A DNA stretch of 64,000 bases from Minisyncoccota bacterium (GCA_025449695.1 JANWIW010000027.1:283-64282); one strand, 5' to 3'. Shown: positions 31,563 through 41,869, counted from the stretch's first letter. The notes: generated by a model from the sequence alone, not told the origin. Numbers and translations are program-made.

Positions 31563-31715
31563 GCCGTGATTATTCCATGAGCAGCAGAGAGTCACAATGC
31601 GTTCTATTGACAACTTCCTGCACGATGGTTTAATTTGGCCAGTCCACTAAACCCAACTGGATACGGTATCCGTGCTGCCCACGGACCTGAATCAGAGTAC
31701 TGACAGGAGTGTGTG

Positions 31716-32267
31716 ATGACATCGGTTTGCAGAGAAGTGTTGCTTCAGAACGGCCAAGAGGCCCGCATCGTTATCCCCGAGAAAACACTCCGGCGACTGG
31801 ACACTACGTGTTTCCGCGGAGCGCACCTCGAGCTGGCGGGCAACTTCCACCGCTGGGAGTGGGCGGATGACTTCATGGACGATAAGTCCATCCTCGACCA
31901 GCTCACTATCCAGATCTCGGAGGCCTTGATCGCGGGCGATATTGGCACCAACAGCGTCACGCTCGCATACGGATCGGCCGTCGGCTGGGCAAGCACTTCT
32001 CCTCTGGCCGGGTTTCGTCCGGAGGATTTGGAAGCGTTCCAGCCGAACCGCAGGAGCACCGCGCTCCGCGTTCGTCCTGACCGTGTTCACCTGCGCGCTC
32101 CCCAGACCTCCGAGCTCACCGTGATCTTCGAGTTGAGGCTCGAAGAAGAGCGTCCCGTCGGCGTCGTCCACTCCATCTACCCCGGTCAAGACATCGGGGA
32201 ACTGAATGGTGACGTCAGCGCGAGGGAAGAGATCGCGTTCTTCGACTGGAAGCATCCCGGCGTCTAG
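31716..32267 (+). CDS. Hypothetical orphan protein
   Basis: SD AGGAG, TTGACA promoter near 31607, hairpin downstream. Confidence 0.7.
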   Translation: MTSVCREVLLQNGQEARIVIPEKTLRRLDTTCFRGAHLELAGNFHRWEWADDFMDDKSILDQLTIQISEALIAGDIGTNSVTLAYGSAVGWASTSPLAGFRPEDLEAFQPNRRSTALRVRPDRVHLRAPQTSELTVIFELRLEEERPVGVVHSIYPGQDIGELNGDVSAREEIAFFDWKHPGV

Positions 32268-32362
32268 TCATCGATCGAGGGAGAGGGTCTCACCACCCTC
32301 TCCGCTCAACCCAAGCCCATGAACAATGGATTTAGGTTGGGGGCGTGGTATAAAGTAGGCAT

Positions 32363-34150
32363 ATGGGTCCGGAGACCCCTTCGACGGCTTCAATAAGTTC
32401 ACCGCAAGCAAGCTCAGGGCAAGACCGGGTATGCGCGAACTGCAAGGAACGGTTCACACTTGATCCGGATGATTTTTCTTTTTATCAAAAAATAGAGGTC
32501 CCGGCGCCTAGGTTCTGTCCCGCCTGCCGCAATCAGCGCCGGAGAGCATGGCGGAACGACATCTCTTTCTATAAAAGACAGTGCGATCTTTGCAAGAAGA
32601 ACATTGTCTCCCTCTACTCGCCGGACAAGACCCTTACCGTCTATTGCCAGAAATGCTGGTGGTCGGACGCTTGGGACCCGAAAGCTTACGGGCGAGATTT
32701 CGATTTCTCGCGGCCGTTTTTCGAGCAGTACCGCGAGCTTCAGAACGTGGTGCCCCTGATCGCGCTCATGAACGACGATGGGATAGGGAGCATCAACTGC
32801 GAATACACGCAGAACGTATCCTCGGCAAAGAACTGCTACATGGTGTCCTCTTCCTGGAAGAACGAGGAGTGCGCGTACGACATGCAAATATCCGGTCCGG
32901 AGCTTCGCGAGGTGTTCGATTCCCTGGATATCTTCCAGAAGTGCGAGATGGTGTACGACAGCATCTTTCTGGAGAGCTGTTACCGCGTACGAAACTGCTA
33001 CCGATCGTTCGCGCTCGTTGATTGCGCGTTTTGCCTGGAGTGCCGGGATTGCCAGGACTGCTTCATGTGCGTAGGGCTTCGCCGCAAGCGCTACTGTTTC
33101 AAGAACAAGCAGTATACGAAAGAGGAGTACGAGAAGATACTGGCGGAGTACAGGTTAGATACTTGGGACGGCAGGGAGCGCGCCCGGAAAGAATTCCAGG
33201 AGTTCATCCTGGAATATCCCCGCGAGTTCGCTATCCTCCGGAACTGCGTGAACTGTACGGGCGATCAGATGTTCAACTGCAAGAATATGAAGTATTCCTT
33301 CAATGTGCGGGGAAGCGAGGATACGGCATATTTCGAGAACGGTAATATCATCAAGACAGGATACGACATGGCGACAGGCGGCGAGAACGAAGAATGCTAC
33401 GAGGGCATCACTCCCGACAACGACTATCGGGCATTATTCACCATCTTCTCCTGGAAGAACTCGCATGCTGAGTATTGCGAGAATTGCCACTCTGGACAGA
33501 ATCTTTTCGGATGCTCCAGCCTGCGCGGCGCAAAGTACTGCATCTTGAACAAGGAATACACCAAAGAGGATTATCACGAGCTCCGCATCAGAATCGTCGA
33601 GCATATGAAGAAGACCGGGGAATATGGAGAGTTCTTCCCGGCGAAGCTCTCCCATTTTTGTTATAACGAGACCACTGCCCAGATGTATTTCCCGATCACC
33701 AAAGAAGAAGCACTGGCCAAAGGATATCGCTGGCAGGATAGCTTCCAGTTCACGACCGGCAAAGAGACGATCAAGGTAGAAGCTCTGCCCCAGACCATCG
33801 CGGAGGTGGGTGATGGCATTATGAAAGAGGTGCTTGCTTGTACTAACTGCAAACGTAATTACATCATCGTCCATCAGGAGCTCCAATTCTATCGGCGAAT
33901 GAACCTGCCTTTGCCGCGCCAATGTTTCTACTGCCGCAATGACGAGCGAATGCGTCTTCGGAACCCGTTCCGCCTTTGGCAGAGGCAGTGTGACTGCAAG
34001 GGCGCAGGATCGACTAACGGCATATATGCGAACGGAGAACCCCACTTCCACGGGGAAAAGGCATGTCCCAACACGTTCCAAACCCCCTATGCTCCCGAGC
34101 GCCCGGAGATAGTGTATTGTGAAGAATGCTATCAAGCCGAAGTCGTATGA
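32363..34150 (+). CDS. Cys-rich zinc-ribbon/repeat protein, paralog 1
   Basis: CxxC..P..CPxCRxxRR, CWWSD.WDP, DFSRPFFEQ, CxxC repeats, YGEFFP and YCEECYQ motifs. Confidence 0.9.
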   Translation: MGPETPSTASISSPQASSGQDRVCANCKERFTLDPDDFSFYQKIEVPAPRFCPACRNQRRRAWRNDISFYKRQCDLCKKNIVSLYSPDKTLTVYCQKCWWSDAWDPKAYGRDFDFSRPFFEQYRELQNVVPLIALMNDDGIGSINCEYTQNVSSAKNCYMVSSSWKNEECAYDMQISGPELREVFDSLDIFQKCEMVYDSIFLESCYRVRNCYRSFALVDCAFCLECRDCQDCFMCVGLRRKRYCFKNKQYTKEEYEKILAEYRLDTWDGRERARKEFQEFILEYPREFAILRNCVNCTGDQMFNCKNMKYSFNVRGSEDTAYFENGNIIKTGYDMATGGENEECYEGITPDNDYRALFTIFSWKNSHAEYCENCHSGQNLFGCSSLRGAKYCILNKEYTKEDYHELRIRIVEHMKKTGEYGEFFPAKLSHFCYNETTAQMYFPITKEEALAKGYRWQDSFQFTTGKETIKVEALPQTIAEVGDGIMKEVLACTNCKRNYIIVHQELQFYRRMNLPLPRQCFYCRNDERMRLRNPFRLWQRQCDCKGAGSTNGIYANGEPHFHGEKACPNTFQTPYAPERPEIVYCEECYQAEVV

Positions 34151-34167
34151 CCGAAACGCGCACTTGC
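34089..34167 (+). repeat. Junction direct repeat, copy 1
   Basis: 73/79 nt identical to 35840-35918; last 35 nt identical. Confidence 0.9.
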
Positions 34168-35901
34168 GGTCATTGCCGGAGATCCTTTGTCGTGGAGGCG
34201 GACGATTTCTCGTTCTACGAAAAACTCAACGTGCCGCCTCCGACCTTCTGTCCGGATTGTCGCAAGCAGCGGCGGTTGGCATGGCGCAATGATAGTACGC
34301 TTTACTCAAGAGCTTGCGGTCTTTGCGATAAGAACACGATATCCATCTACGCGCCAAACGGCCCCATGCAGATCGTCTATTGCCAGAAGTGCTGGTGGTC
34401 CGACAAATGGGACCCCAAAGAGTACGGCGCAGAATACGATTTCTCCAAAACTTTCTTCGAGCAGTTTGCGGAACTTCAGCGGCGCGTTCCCGCACTCGCG
34501 ATGACCAATGACGACGGCATTAGCAGTGTCAATTCTGAATATACCCAGGATTTTGCGCGAGCAAAGAACTGCTACATGTGTTTCATCGGCTGGAAGGTGG
34601 AGGACTGCCTGTACGATTTCTACATCATAGGAGGTAAAGAGATAGTAGACGCGATCAACAGCATGGGGGAATGCGAGTACACTTATGAAACCGTCTATAC
34701 GGAGAAGTGCTATCAGAGCAGATATATCTACTCCTCGGTTTCCGTCTCCGACAGCGCTTTTTGTTATGATTGCAGGGACTGCACGGATTGTTTTATGTGC
34801 GTCGGTTTGCGGCACAAGCGGTATTGTTTCAAGAACAAGCAATACACCAAAGAAGAATACGAGAAAATACTTGCCGATTATCGCTTGGACACATACACCG
34901 GCGTGGAGCGTGCGAAGAAGGAGTTCGCGGACGTATTTTTCAGCAAGCCCAGGCGGTTCGCCATGCTCCGTAACTGCTTCAACTGCACTGGTGATGCGCT
35001 GATCAACGGCAAGAACTCAAAATACTGCTTTAACGTGCAGCGCCCCGAAGAAACCCGGTGGGTGGAGAATGGCGATACGCCGAAAGACAGCTACGATTTG
35101 AGCGTGGGAGGCGAGTTGCAGCAATGTTATGAAGGAATCACTCCGGACCATTCGTACCAAAGCCGCTTTGCCATATTTTCCTGGAGGAATACAGATGTTT
35201 CTTATGTCGACGGCTGTCATGCATCCGAACATCTTTTTGGATGTGCGGGCCTTAAGAAGGGACAGTACTGCATTTTCAACAGGCAATATCCGAAAGAGGA
35301 ATACGAGTCATTGGTAAAAAAGATAAAAGCGCAGATGGATGGTATGCCCTACGCCGACCGGCAAGGCATAAGCTACAAGTTTGGGGAGTTCTTCCCTGCG
35401 GAACTCTCCTATTTCCGATACAACGAGACCGTTGCACAGGAATCCTTCCCTCTTACCAAGGAGAAGGCCTCTGCGGAGGGATTGGATTGGCAGGAGCAAT
35501 TCCAGGTCACGATCGGGAAGGAGACGATCGATATCGCTAAGGTCCCCGATGCGATCGCCGACGTACCCGACTCCATAGTGGACGAGGTGCTTGCATGCGC
35601 AGGATGCGCGAGAAATTATCGCATAGTGCCTGCCGAGCTCAAGTTCTATCGCAGGATGAGGATCCCCCTTCCCCGGCGTTGTTTTTACTGTCGTCAGGCA
35701 GACCGGCTGAAATTCAAGAACCCCCATAAACTGTGGCACAGGCAGTGCCAATGCGCAGGAGAAAAGGAAAGCGGTTTCAAGAACACAGCAGCTCATTTCC
35801 ATGGCAAGAATTCTTGCCCCAATGAATTCGAAACCCCTTATGCTCCCGAGAGCCCCGAGATAGTGTATTGTGAACAGTGTTACCAAGCCGAAGTCGTATG
35901 A
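34147..35901 (+). CDS. Cys-rich zinc-ribbon/repeat protein, paralog 2
   Basis: Same motifs; ATGA overlap with paralog 1. Confidence 0.9.
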   Translation: MTETRTCGHCRRSFVVEADDFSFYEKLNVPPPTFCPDCRKQRRLAWRNDSTLYSRACGLCDKNTISIYAPNGPMQIVYCQKCWWSDKWDPKEYGAEYDFSKTFFEQFAELQRRVPALAMTNDDGISSVNSEYTQDFARAKNCYMCFIGWKVEDCLYDFYIIGGKEIVDAINSMGECEYTYETVYTEKCYQSRYIYSSVSVSDSAFCYDCRDCTDCFMCVGLRHKRYCFKNKQYTKEEYEKILADYRLDTYTGVERAKKEFADVFFSKPRRFAMLRNCFNCTGDALINGKNSKYCFNVQRPEETRWVENGDTPKDSYDLSVGGELQQCYEGITPDHSYQSRFAIFSWRNTDVSYVDGCHASEHLFGCAGLKKGQYCIFNRQYPKEEYESLVKKIKAQMDGMPYADRQGISYKFGEFFPAELSYFRYNETVAQESFPLTKEKASAEGLDWQEQFQVTIGKETIDIAKVPDAIADVPDSIVDEVLACAGCARNYRIVPAELKFYRRMRIPLPRRCFYCRQADRLKFKNPHKLWHRQCQCAGEKESGFKNTAAHFHGKNSCPNEFETPYAPESPEIVYCEQCYQAEVV

Positions 35902-35918
35902 CCGAAACGCGCACTTGC
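35840..35918 (+). repeat. Junction direct repeat, copy 2
   Basis: atgctcccgagagccccgagatagtgtattgtga...gaagtcgtatgaccgaaacgcgcacttgc. Confidence 0.9.
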
Positions 35919-37580
35919 CAGAACTGCAGCCAAGGGTTCTCCATAGAGGACGAGGACTTCAATTTCTACAAGAAGATAGAAGTGCCGCCGCCGACTCTCT
36001 GCCCCGACTGCCGCCAACAGCGTCGTATGGCTCATCGAGACAAAAACTATTTTCTAAGAAACTGCGACAAGTGCGGCAAAAGCTCCATTTCCATTTGGCA
36101 CCCCGACATTAAAGGCTATCTTTTTTATTGCAACGATTGCTGGTGGAAGGATGATTGGGATGCCTTCGAGTACGGGCGGGATTTCGACTTCTCTCGTCCG
36201 TTCTTCGAGCAATTCAACGAGCTGTACAAAGCCGTGCCGAAGCATATCTCGAACGCGATGCTTAATATGAAAAACTCCGACTACTGCATCAATGCCTCGC
36301 GGAGCAAAGACTGTTATATGGCTGACGAGATAGACGAATCAGAGCGTTGCGCCTACGGATACTGCGTCCAGAACTGCAAAGACTGCACAGATTGCCTCTA
36401 TGTCAACGAATGCGAGATAGGCTATGAGCTGGTGAAGTGCGATAACAACTATAAGGTTTTCTATGCCTACGATTCACACGCTTGTAATAACTCCGCGTTC
36501 CTGGCTCATTGTCGGGGCGTTTCAAATTCGCTGTTTTGCACCAATAAATACAACGTCACGAATTACTTGTTCAATGAACCCTCCACCGCAGAGGAAGTGA
36601 AGAAGGCCTGGGACGAAATCTTCTGTGGCAAAAACGGCAAACTCCAGGAGGCGCTCGCCAAGTACCAGGAGATCCTCAAGTCCTCCATCTCTCGTCCGCT
36701 TATCGGTACGAACGTCAAGAACTCATCGGGCAATTTTCTGGTTAACGTCCAGAATTGCAAAGACTGTTATTCGATAGACAACAGTATCAACTGTAAATAC
36801 TGCACGGACATCCATCATTCCAAAGACAGCATGGACGTGCATATTTACATCAGCGAACTGAGCTATGAGAGCCTTCACGCCTGGGGTTATAAACAGCTAT
36901 TCTCGCATCTCCTTTGGAACTGCTCCGATGCTACCTACGCCGACGAATGCCATAACAGCCAAGACCTCTTCGCCTGTTGCGGCCTCAAGAAAAAACAGTT
37001 CTGTATCCTCAACAAGCCTTATAGCAAGGAAGAATATCTGGAGTTGAAAGAAAAGATCATTGCCCACATGAAGCAGACCGGCGAGTACGGCGAATACTTT
37101 CCGGTTTCCATGTCGCCGCACGGCTACAACCACACCTTCGCGCAAGAGTTCTATCCGATGACCGAAGGAGAAGTAAAACAGCGCGGCTGGCAATGGCTTC
37201 CTGAAATCAACATCAGGGACAAGTACAAAGACAAAGTGATCACCCAGCTTCCTGATGATATCGCGGAAACCACACCCGCAATCTGTAATGAGATATTCGA
37301 GTGCGAAGCGAGTGGCAGGTTCTATCGGATAATTCCCGATGAGTACCAGTTTTATAAGAAGCACGGCTTGCCCCTGCCGCGTTTGTCGTCTCAAGAGCGC
37401 GACCATCTGCGTTGGGAGAAAACGAAGCCACGCCATCTATGGGACAGGGAATGTGCCTGTGCGAAGCAGTCCCACTTCCACGGGGCCAGCTCTTGCTCCA
37501 ATGCATTTAGGACCACACATGCTCCCGAGAGCCCCGAGATAGTGTATTGTGAGCAGTGTTACCAAGCTGAAGTCGTATGA
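35898..37580 (+). CDS. Cys-rich zinc-ribbon/repeat protein, paralog 3
   Basis: Same motifs; ATGA overlap with paralog 2. Confidence 0.9.
   Translation: MTETRTCQNCSQGFSIEDEDFNFYKKIEVPPPTLCPDCRQQRRMAHRDKNYFLRNCDKCGKSSISIWHPDIKGYLFYCNDCWWKDDWDAFEYGRDFDFSRPFFEQFNELYKAVPKHISNAMLNMKNSDYCINASRSKDCYMADEIDESERCAYGYCVQNCKDCTDCLYVNECEIGYELVKCDNNYKVFYAYDSHACNNSAFLAHCRGVSNSLFCTNKYNVTNYLFNEPSTAEEVKKAWDEIFCGKNGKLQEALAKYQEILKSSISRPLIGTNVKNSSGNFLVNVQNCKDCYSIDNSINCKYCTDIHHSKDSMDVHIYISELSYESLHAWGYKQLFSHLLWNCSDATYADECHNSQDLFACCGLKKKQFCILNKPYSKEEYLELKEKIIAHMKQTGEYGEYFPVSMSPHGYNHTFAQEFYPMTEGEVKQRGWQWLPEINIRDKYKDKVITQLPDDIAETTPAICNEIFECEASGRFYRIIPDEYQFYKKHGLPLPRLSSQERDHLRWEKTKPRHLWDRECACAKQSHFHGASSCSNAFRTTHAPESPEIVYCEQCYQAEVV
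37519..37580 (+). repeat. Junction direct repeat, copy 3
   Basis: 60/62 nt identical to 35840-35901. Confidence 0.9.
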
Positions 37581-39286
37581 GCAACGAAACCAAAACCTGC
37601 CAAAACTGCAAGAAGGAGTTCGTTATCGAACCGGACAACGCCGCGTTCTGCGCGCACATGCAGGTGCCGCTCCCGACCTGGTGCCCGCCCTGCCGCCGCT
37701 TGCGGCGCATGGGCTGGACCGGCTACAGGATCCTCTATAAAAGGAAATGCGCCTACTCGGGGGAGGATATCATCACCTTCTACCATCCCAACGCTCCGTA
37801 TGTGATCTACAAGCAGGACATATGGTGGAGCGACAAGTGGGACCCCAAGAGCTACGGACGGGACTACGATTTCTCCAAGCCGTTCTTCCAGCAGTTCGAC
37901 GAGCTTCTGCGGTCGGTGCCCCTGCCCTCGCTCCATACGGAGTACACGACTCTCGTGAACAGCGACTACTGCAATGCCGTAGGGGGCCTGAAGAACTGCT
38001 ATCTGGTCTTCCAGTCCGGGGACGGGGCCTCGCATATAGGCCACGAGAATACGGCATACATGCACATGGTGGACGACACGAAGGACAGCATGGACATGTC
38101 CTTCTCCTCGAACTGCGAGCTTTGCTACGAGTGCGTGCGCTGCTTTGGATGCTTCCGGGCGCGCTGGTCCGCGAACTGCGACGAATGCCATAACGTCGCG
38201 TTTTGCCAGAGCTGCATTGGCTGTTCCGACTGCGTCGGCTGCGTGAATTTAAAGAACAAGTCGTATTGCATCTTCAACGAGCAGTATTCCAAGGAAGAGT
38301 ACGAGCGCAAGCTGAAGGAGCTCGATCTGGGATCCCGCGAAGGATTGGACAGGTTCGCGGTGGAATTCGCCAAGTTCGCGGAAAAGATGCCCCATCGCAT
38401 GTTCTACGGCCGGCACAACACTTCTACTTCCGGCGACTACATCTCCAATTCCAAGAACGTCCACGATTCCTACATCGTCCATGGCGCAGAGAACGTGCGC
38501 TACGGGCAGCTGCTGAGCGCGCCCGCGGCCAACGCCTACGACTACACGCTCTTCGGCACGTTTGCGGAGTGGATCTACGAATGCGCGTGGAATGGCTTGA
38601 GCAGCAACACGCTCAAGTTCTGCTTCTGGAACTACCACGCCCATCATCTTGATTACTCCCTCGGCTGCCACGGGTCGGAGAACCTGTTCGGCTGCGTGGG
38701 GGTTCGCAAGGGCTCCTATTGCATCTTGAACAAGCAATATTCCAGGGAGGAGTATCAGGAACTCGTCGCGGATATAAAACAGCAGATGGCGGAAATGCCC
38801 TACGTGGACCGCCTGGGCCGGAACTACTCGTACGGGGAGTTCTTCCCGCCGGAGATATCGCCCTGGACCTTCAACGAGTCTATGGCGTCCCTGGGCTTCC
38901 TCCCTTTGTCCCGCGAGGAAGCCCTGGCGCAGGGGTTTAACTGGCGCGAGGATGATGGCCGCCAGTATCGGGAGCCGACCGCGCCGGTACCGGCAAGTAT
39001 CAAGGATGTTCCCGAAGATTTCTCCAAGGAGATACTGAAGTGCGAGTATTGCGGTAAGAACTACCAGATCATCCCCATGGAATTGGATTTCTATCGCCAG
39101 TGGGACGTTCCCATCCCTTTGCGCTGCCCCTTGTGCAGGGAGAAAGACAGGGTCGCCAGCCTGAACCCCATGGCCATCTACGACCGGGAGTGCATGAAGT
39201 GCGGCAAGTCCATTCAAACCTCCTACGCGCCAGAAAGGAAAGAGATTGTATATTGCGAGACCTGCTATCAAAACGAAGTTGCATAG
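37577..39286 (+). CDS. Cys-rich zinc-ribbon/repeat protein, paralog 4
   Basis: Same motifs; ATGA overlap with paralog 3. Confidence 0.9.
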   Translation: MSNETKTCQNCKKEFVIEPDNAAFCAHMQVPLPTWCPPCRRLRRMGWTGYRILYKRKCAYSGEDIITFYHPNAPYVIYKQDIWWSDKWDPKSYGRDYDFSKPFFQQFDELLRSVPLPSLHTEYTTLVNSDYCNAVGGLKNCYLVFQSGDGASHIGHENTAYMHMVDDTKDSMDMSFSSNCELCYECVRCFGCFRARWSANCDECHNVAFCQSCIGCSDCVGCVNLKNKSYCIFNEQYSKEEYERKLKELDLGSREGLDRFAVEFAKFAEKMPHRMFYGRHNTSTSGDYISNSKNVHDSYIVHGAENVRYGQLLSAPAANAYDYTLFGTFAEWIYECAWNGLSSNTLKFCFWNYHAHHLDYSLGCHGSENLFGCVGVRKGSYCILNKQYSREEYQELVADIKQQMAEMPYVDRLGRNYSYGEFFPPEISPWTFNESMASLGFLPLSREEALAQGFNWREDDGRQYREPTAPVPASIKDVPEDFSKEILKCEYCGKNYQIIPMELDFYRQWDVPIPLRCPLCREKDRVASLNPMAIYDRECMKCGKSIQTSYAPERKEIVYCETCYQNEVA

Positions 39287-39300
39287 GGTTGGTGTTACCG

Positions 39301-39360
39301 CGTCCTTCCGAAGCCTTGCAGCGTCCACCCGAAGCCTGGCGAAGGAGGAGCGAAGGAGGG
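39301..39360. repeat. Nested CGAAGCC..GCGAAGGAGG REP-like elements
   Basis: Two interleaved copies of the motif seen at 15261-15291. Confidence 0.7.
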
Positions 39361-39417
39361 TCAGGCGGAAGTCGCATAGCGCTTGCCATCCGGAGTGGCG
39401 CGCCGTATCCTGACGCG

Positions 39418-40392
39418 GTGAAAGAAAACTTCTGGTTGTATTTGAAGAGACCTATCATGGCGCTTGCCCCGATGGCGAATGTGACCGACGCCGCGTTCCG
39501 GCGCCTTTTCGCCAAATACGGGAAACCGGACGTGACGTGGACCGAGTTCGTTTCCGTGGAAGGCCTGCTCTCCAAGGGGCGCGAGAAACTCCTTGTCGAT
39601 TTCTGGTTCACCGAAGCGGAGCGGCCCATCGTGGCGCAGATATTCGGCGGCAAGCCGGAACAGTTCGAGGAGATCGGCCCGCTCATCCGGGAGCTTGGTT
39701 TCGACGGCATAGATATCAATATGGGTTGCCCGGACCGGTCCATCGAGCGCTCCGGCGCGGCCGCCGCGCTCATCAAGGATCCCGCGCGCGCAAAGGAGAT
39801 CATCCGCGCCGCGAAGCGCGGCGCGGGCGGCCTGCCCGTTTCCGTGAAGACCCGCATCGGTTATAACAGGGACCAGACAGAGGACTGGATCCCCGCGCTC
39901 CTCGAAGAGGGCCTGGACGCGCTCTCCGTCCACCTCCGTACTCGCAAGGAGATGTCCGACGTCCCCGCGCGCTGGGAACTCGCGCCGCGGATAAGGGCGC
40001 TCCGGGACAAGCTTGCGCCGCAGACCCTGCTTTTGGGGAACGGCGATGTGGATTCGCTCGAGCTTGCCCGCTCAAGGACCGAGGCAAGCGGCTTCGACGG
40101 CGTGATGATCGGGCGCGGCATCTTCGGCAATCCCTGGTTCTTCTCCGGGCACGCGCCCTCCGTGGAGGAGAAGCTCGCGGTCATGATGGAACACACGGAA
40201 CTCTTCGAAGAACTGTTCGGATCGAACGGGCCGAAGCGCCTCAAGAACTTCGACGTCATGAAGAAGCACTACAAGGCGTATGCAAACGGCTTCGACGGTG
40301 CGAGAGACCTGCGCGCGAGGCTTATGGACGCGGGTGACGCGGCCGGGGTGCGCCGGATCACGGAGGAGTTCCTCGCCAGTCTGTCATCCTGA
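39418..40392 (+). CDS. dus: tRNA-dihydrouridine synthase
   Basis: ALAPMANVTD, IDINMGCP, SVKTRIG, NGDV and MIGRGIFGNPW motifs; start placed at GTG 39418. Confidence 0.93.
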   Translation: MKENFWLYLKRPIMALAPMANVTDAAFRRLFAKYGKPDVTWTEFVSVEGLLSKGREKLLVDFWFTEAERPIVAQIFGGKPEQFEEIGPLIRELGFDGIDINMGCPDRSIERSGAAAALIKDPARAKEIIRAAKRGAGGLPVSVKTRIGYNRDQTEDWIPALLEEGLDALSVHLRTRKEMSDVPARWELAPRIRALRDKLAPQTLLLGNGDVDSLELARSRTEASGFDGVMIGRGIFGNPWFFSGHAPSVEEKLAVMMEHTELFEELFGSNGPKRLKNFDVMKKHYKAYANGFDGARDLRARLMDAGDAAGVRRITEEFLASLSS

Positions 40393-40498
40393 GGTATTCC
40401 GAAGGTCCTTCGGCCACTGTTGTGGCCTCAGGATGACAGAGGGAAGAGACTTCCTAAGTCGCCCCTGAAGGGACTTCCTGCGGTCGCTCAGGGTGACA
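40382..40498. repeat. REP cluster (TGTCATCCTGAG...CTCAGGATGACA)
   Basis: Inverted arms; the first arm supplies the dus stop codon. Confidence 0.8.
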
Positions 40499-40519
40499 GA
40501 ATAGTGATATCATTTCCTC

Positions 40520-41098
40520 ATGCGTAAGATCATCCTTGCCTCCACTTCCCCGCGCCGCAGGGAGCTCATGGGTTTTTTGGGCATCCCGTTCCGCGTCGAG
40601 CCGGGGGATTTCGAGGAGACCATGGTGCCCGGCCTGGACGCTTTTTCTTTAGCCAAGGCGATGGCGCTCGGCAAGGCCAGGGCGGTCGCGAAAAAACATA
40701 AGGATGCGATCGTGATCGGCGCGGACACGGTGGTCGGGCTGGGCAGAAAAGTGTACGGTAAGCCGAGAGACGCGCGCGATGCGAAGCGCATATTGCGCGA
40801 GCTGTCCGGCAAGACGCAGATCGTCGCGACGGGCCTGGCCATCATCGATACCAGGACAAAGAAGACCATACTCCGCGGGTCGCGGCACAAAGTGTATTTC
40901 CGGAAGCTCTCGGCGCGGGAGATCGCGAGCTATGTGGCCTCCGGCGAGCCCATGGGTAAGGCAGGCGCATGGGCCATCCAGGGCAAGGGAACTTTGTTCA
41001 TAAAGAAGATTGAAGGAGATTACCCGGCCATCGTGGGATTGCCGGTCTTCACTCTGGCGAGGGAATTGGAGAAGCTGGGAATAAAATCGTGGAAGTAA
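40520..41098 (+). CDS. maf: Maf-family nucleoside triphosphate pyrophosphatase
   Basis: ILASTSPRRREL, IGADTVV, GKAGA and VGLP motifs. Confidence 0.95.
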   Translation: MRKIILASTSPRRRELMGFLGIPFRVEPGDFEETMVPGLDAFSLAKAMALGKARAVAKKHKDAIVIGADTVVGLGRKVYGKPRDARDAKRILRELSGKTQIVATGLAIIDTRTKKTILRGSRHKVYFRKLSAREIASYVASGEPMGKAGAWAIQGKGTLFIKKIEGDYPAIVGLPVFTLARELEKLGIKSWK

Positions 41099-41110
41099 CG
41101 CGCCGATCGC

Positions 41111-41560
41111 ATGCCGGAACCCCGCAAACAATGGAAAAAACAATCCTCCGCGGGCGGCCTTGTCCTGAGAGGCGAGGGGGACGACGCGTTCATCCTGATG
41201 ATCCGTCCGCGTCGCGAGGACGCAAAGACAATCTGGGGGTTTCCTAAAGGCATGGCCACGGACCACGCGGACGGTTCTCTCGAGGCTACGGCCCTGCGGG
41301 AAGTGCGCGAGGAGGGCGGGGTGCAGGCGAGCATTCTTAAATATTTAGGCGAGATCCACTACTTCTTTTCGTTCAGGGAAGAAAATATCTCGAAGACGGT
41401 GCATTATTTCCTTATGGAGTACCTGGACGGCGACACCAAGGATCATGATGAGGAGGTGGAAGAAGCGGTGTGGGTGCCGCTCGCCGAGGCCGGGTCCAGG
41501 CTCTCTTATAAGAACGACAGGGAGATGTTGGGGAAAGCCCTGCGTGGCCTGAATGTCTAG
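41111..41560 (+). CDS. NUDIX hydrolase
   Basis: FPKG..TALREVREEGG Nudix box. Confidence 0.92.
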   Translation: MPEPRKQWKKQSSAGGLVLRGEGDDAFILMIRPRREDAKTIWGFPKGMATDHADGSLEATALREVREEGGVQASILKYLGEIHYFFSFREENISKTVHYFLMEYLDGDTKDHDEEVEEAVWVPLAEAGSRLSYKNDREMLGKALRGLNV

Positions 41561-41664
41561 CGGTTTCGCCCTGTGTACAAGAGCGCTTGTACCGTCCTGG
41601 GGAGGGGGTAGTATTTAGATACAAACCAAGCTAACATAAACCCATGACCGGTTCCCACTAGTCT

Positions 41665-41703
41665 CCTAACCAAAAAGCCCCTTCGGGGGCTTTTTGGTTA
41701 GGA
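41665..41703. terminator. Long bidirectional hairpin terminator
   Basis: tcctaaccaaaaagcccc-ttcg-ggggctttttggttagga. Confidence 0.85.
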
Positions 41704-41869
41704 AGCATTTTGTCATTTTCTTTGACGCTGCATTTCTCTCCAGCGCGGAGCGCTAAGGCCGCTGCATATCCAGTAAGTCACGATCGTGAGTTACTGGATA
41801 TGCAGGGGATCTATTTTCCGTATCGCCCTACTGGGCCCCCTGGTTGGAATGACAGGGAACGATGCGGCC

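Noticed and set aside
32363-39286. TGA read-through or recoding fusing the Cys-rich genes
   Set aside because: Consecutive genes are in different frames via ATGA overlaps, and TGA ends many conserved genes at the expected C-terminus.
41585-41665. Leader peptide or attenuator (ATG ACC GGT TCC CAC TAG) before a strong hairpin
   Set aside because: No downstream plus-strand gene to regulate and no informative codon run; the hairpin is explained as a terminator between convergent genes.
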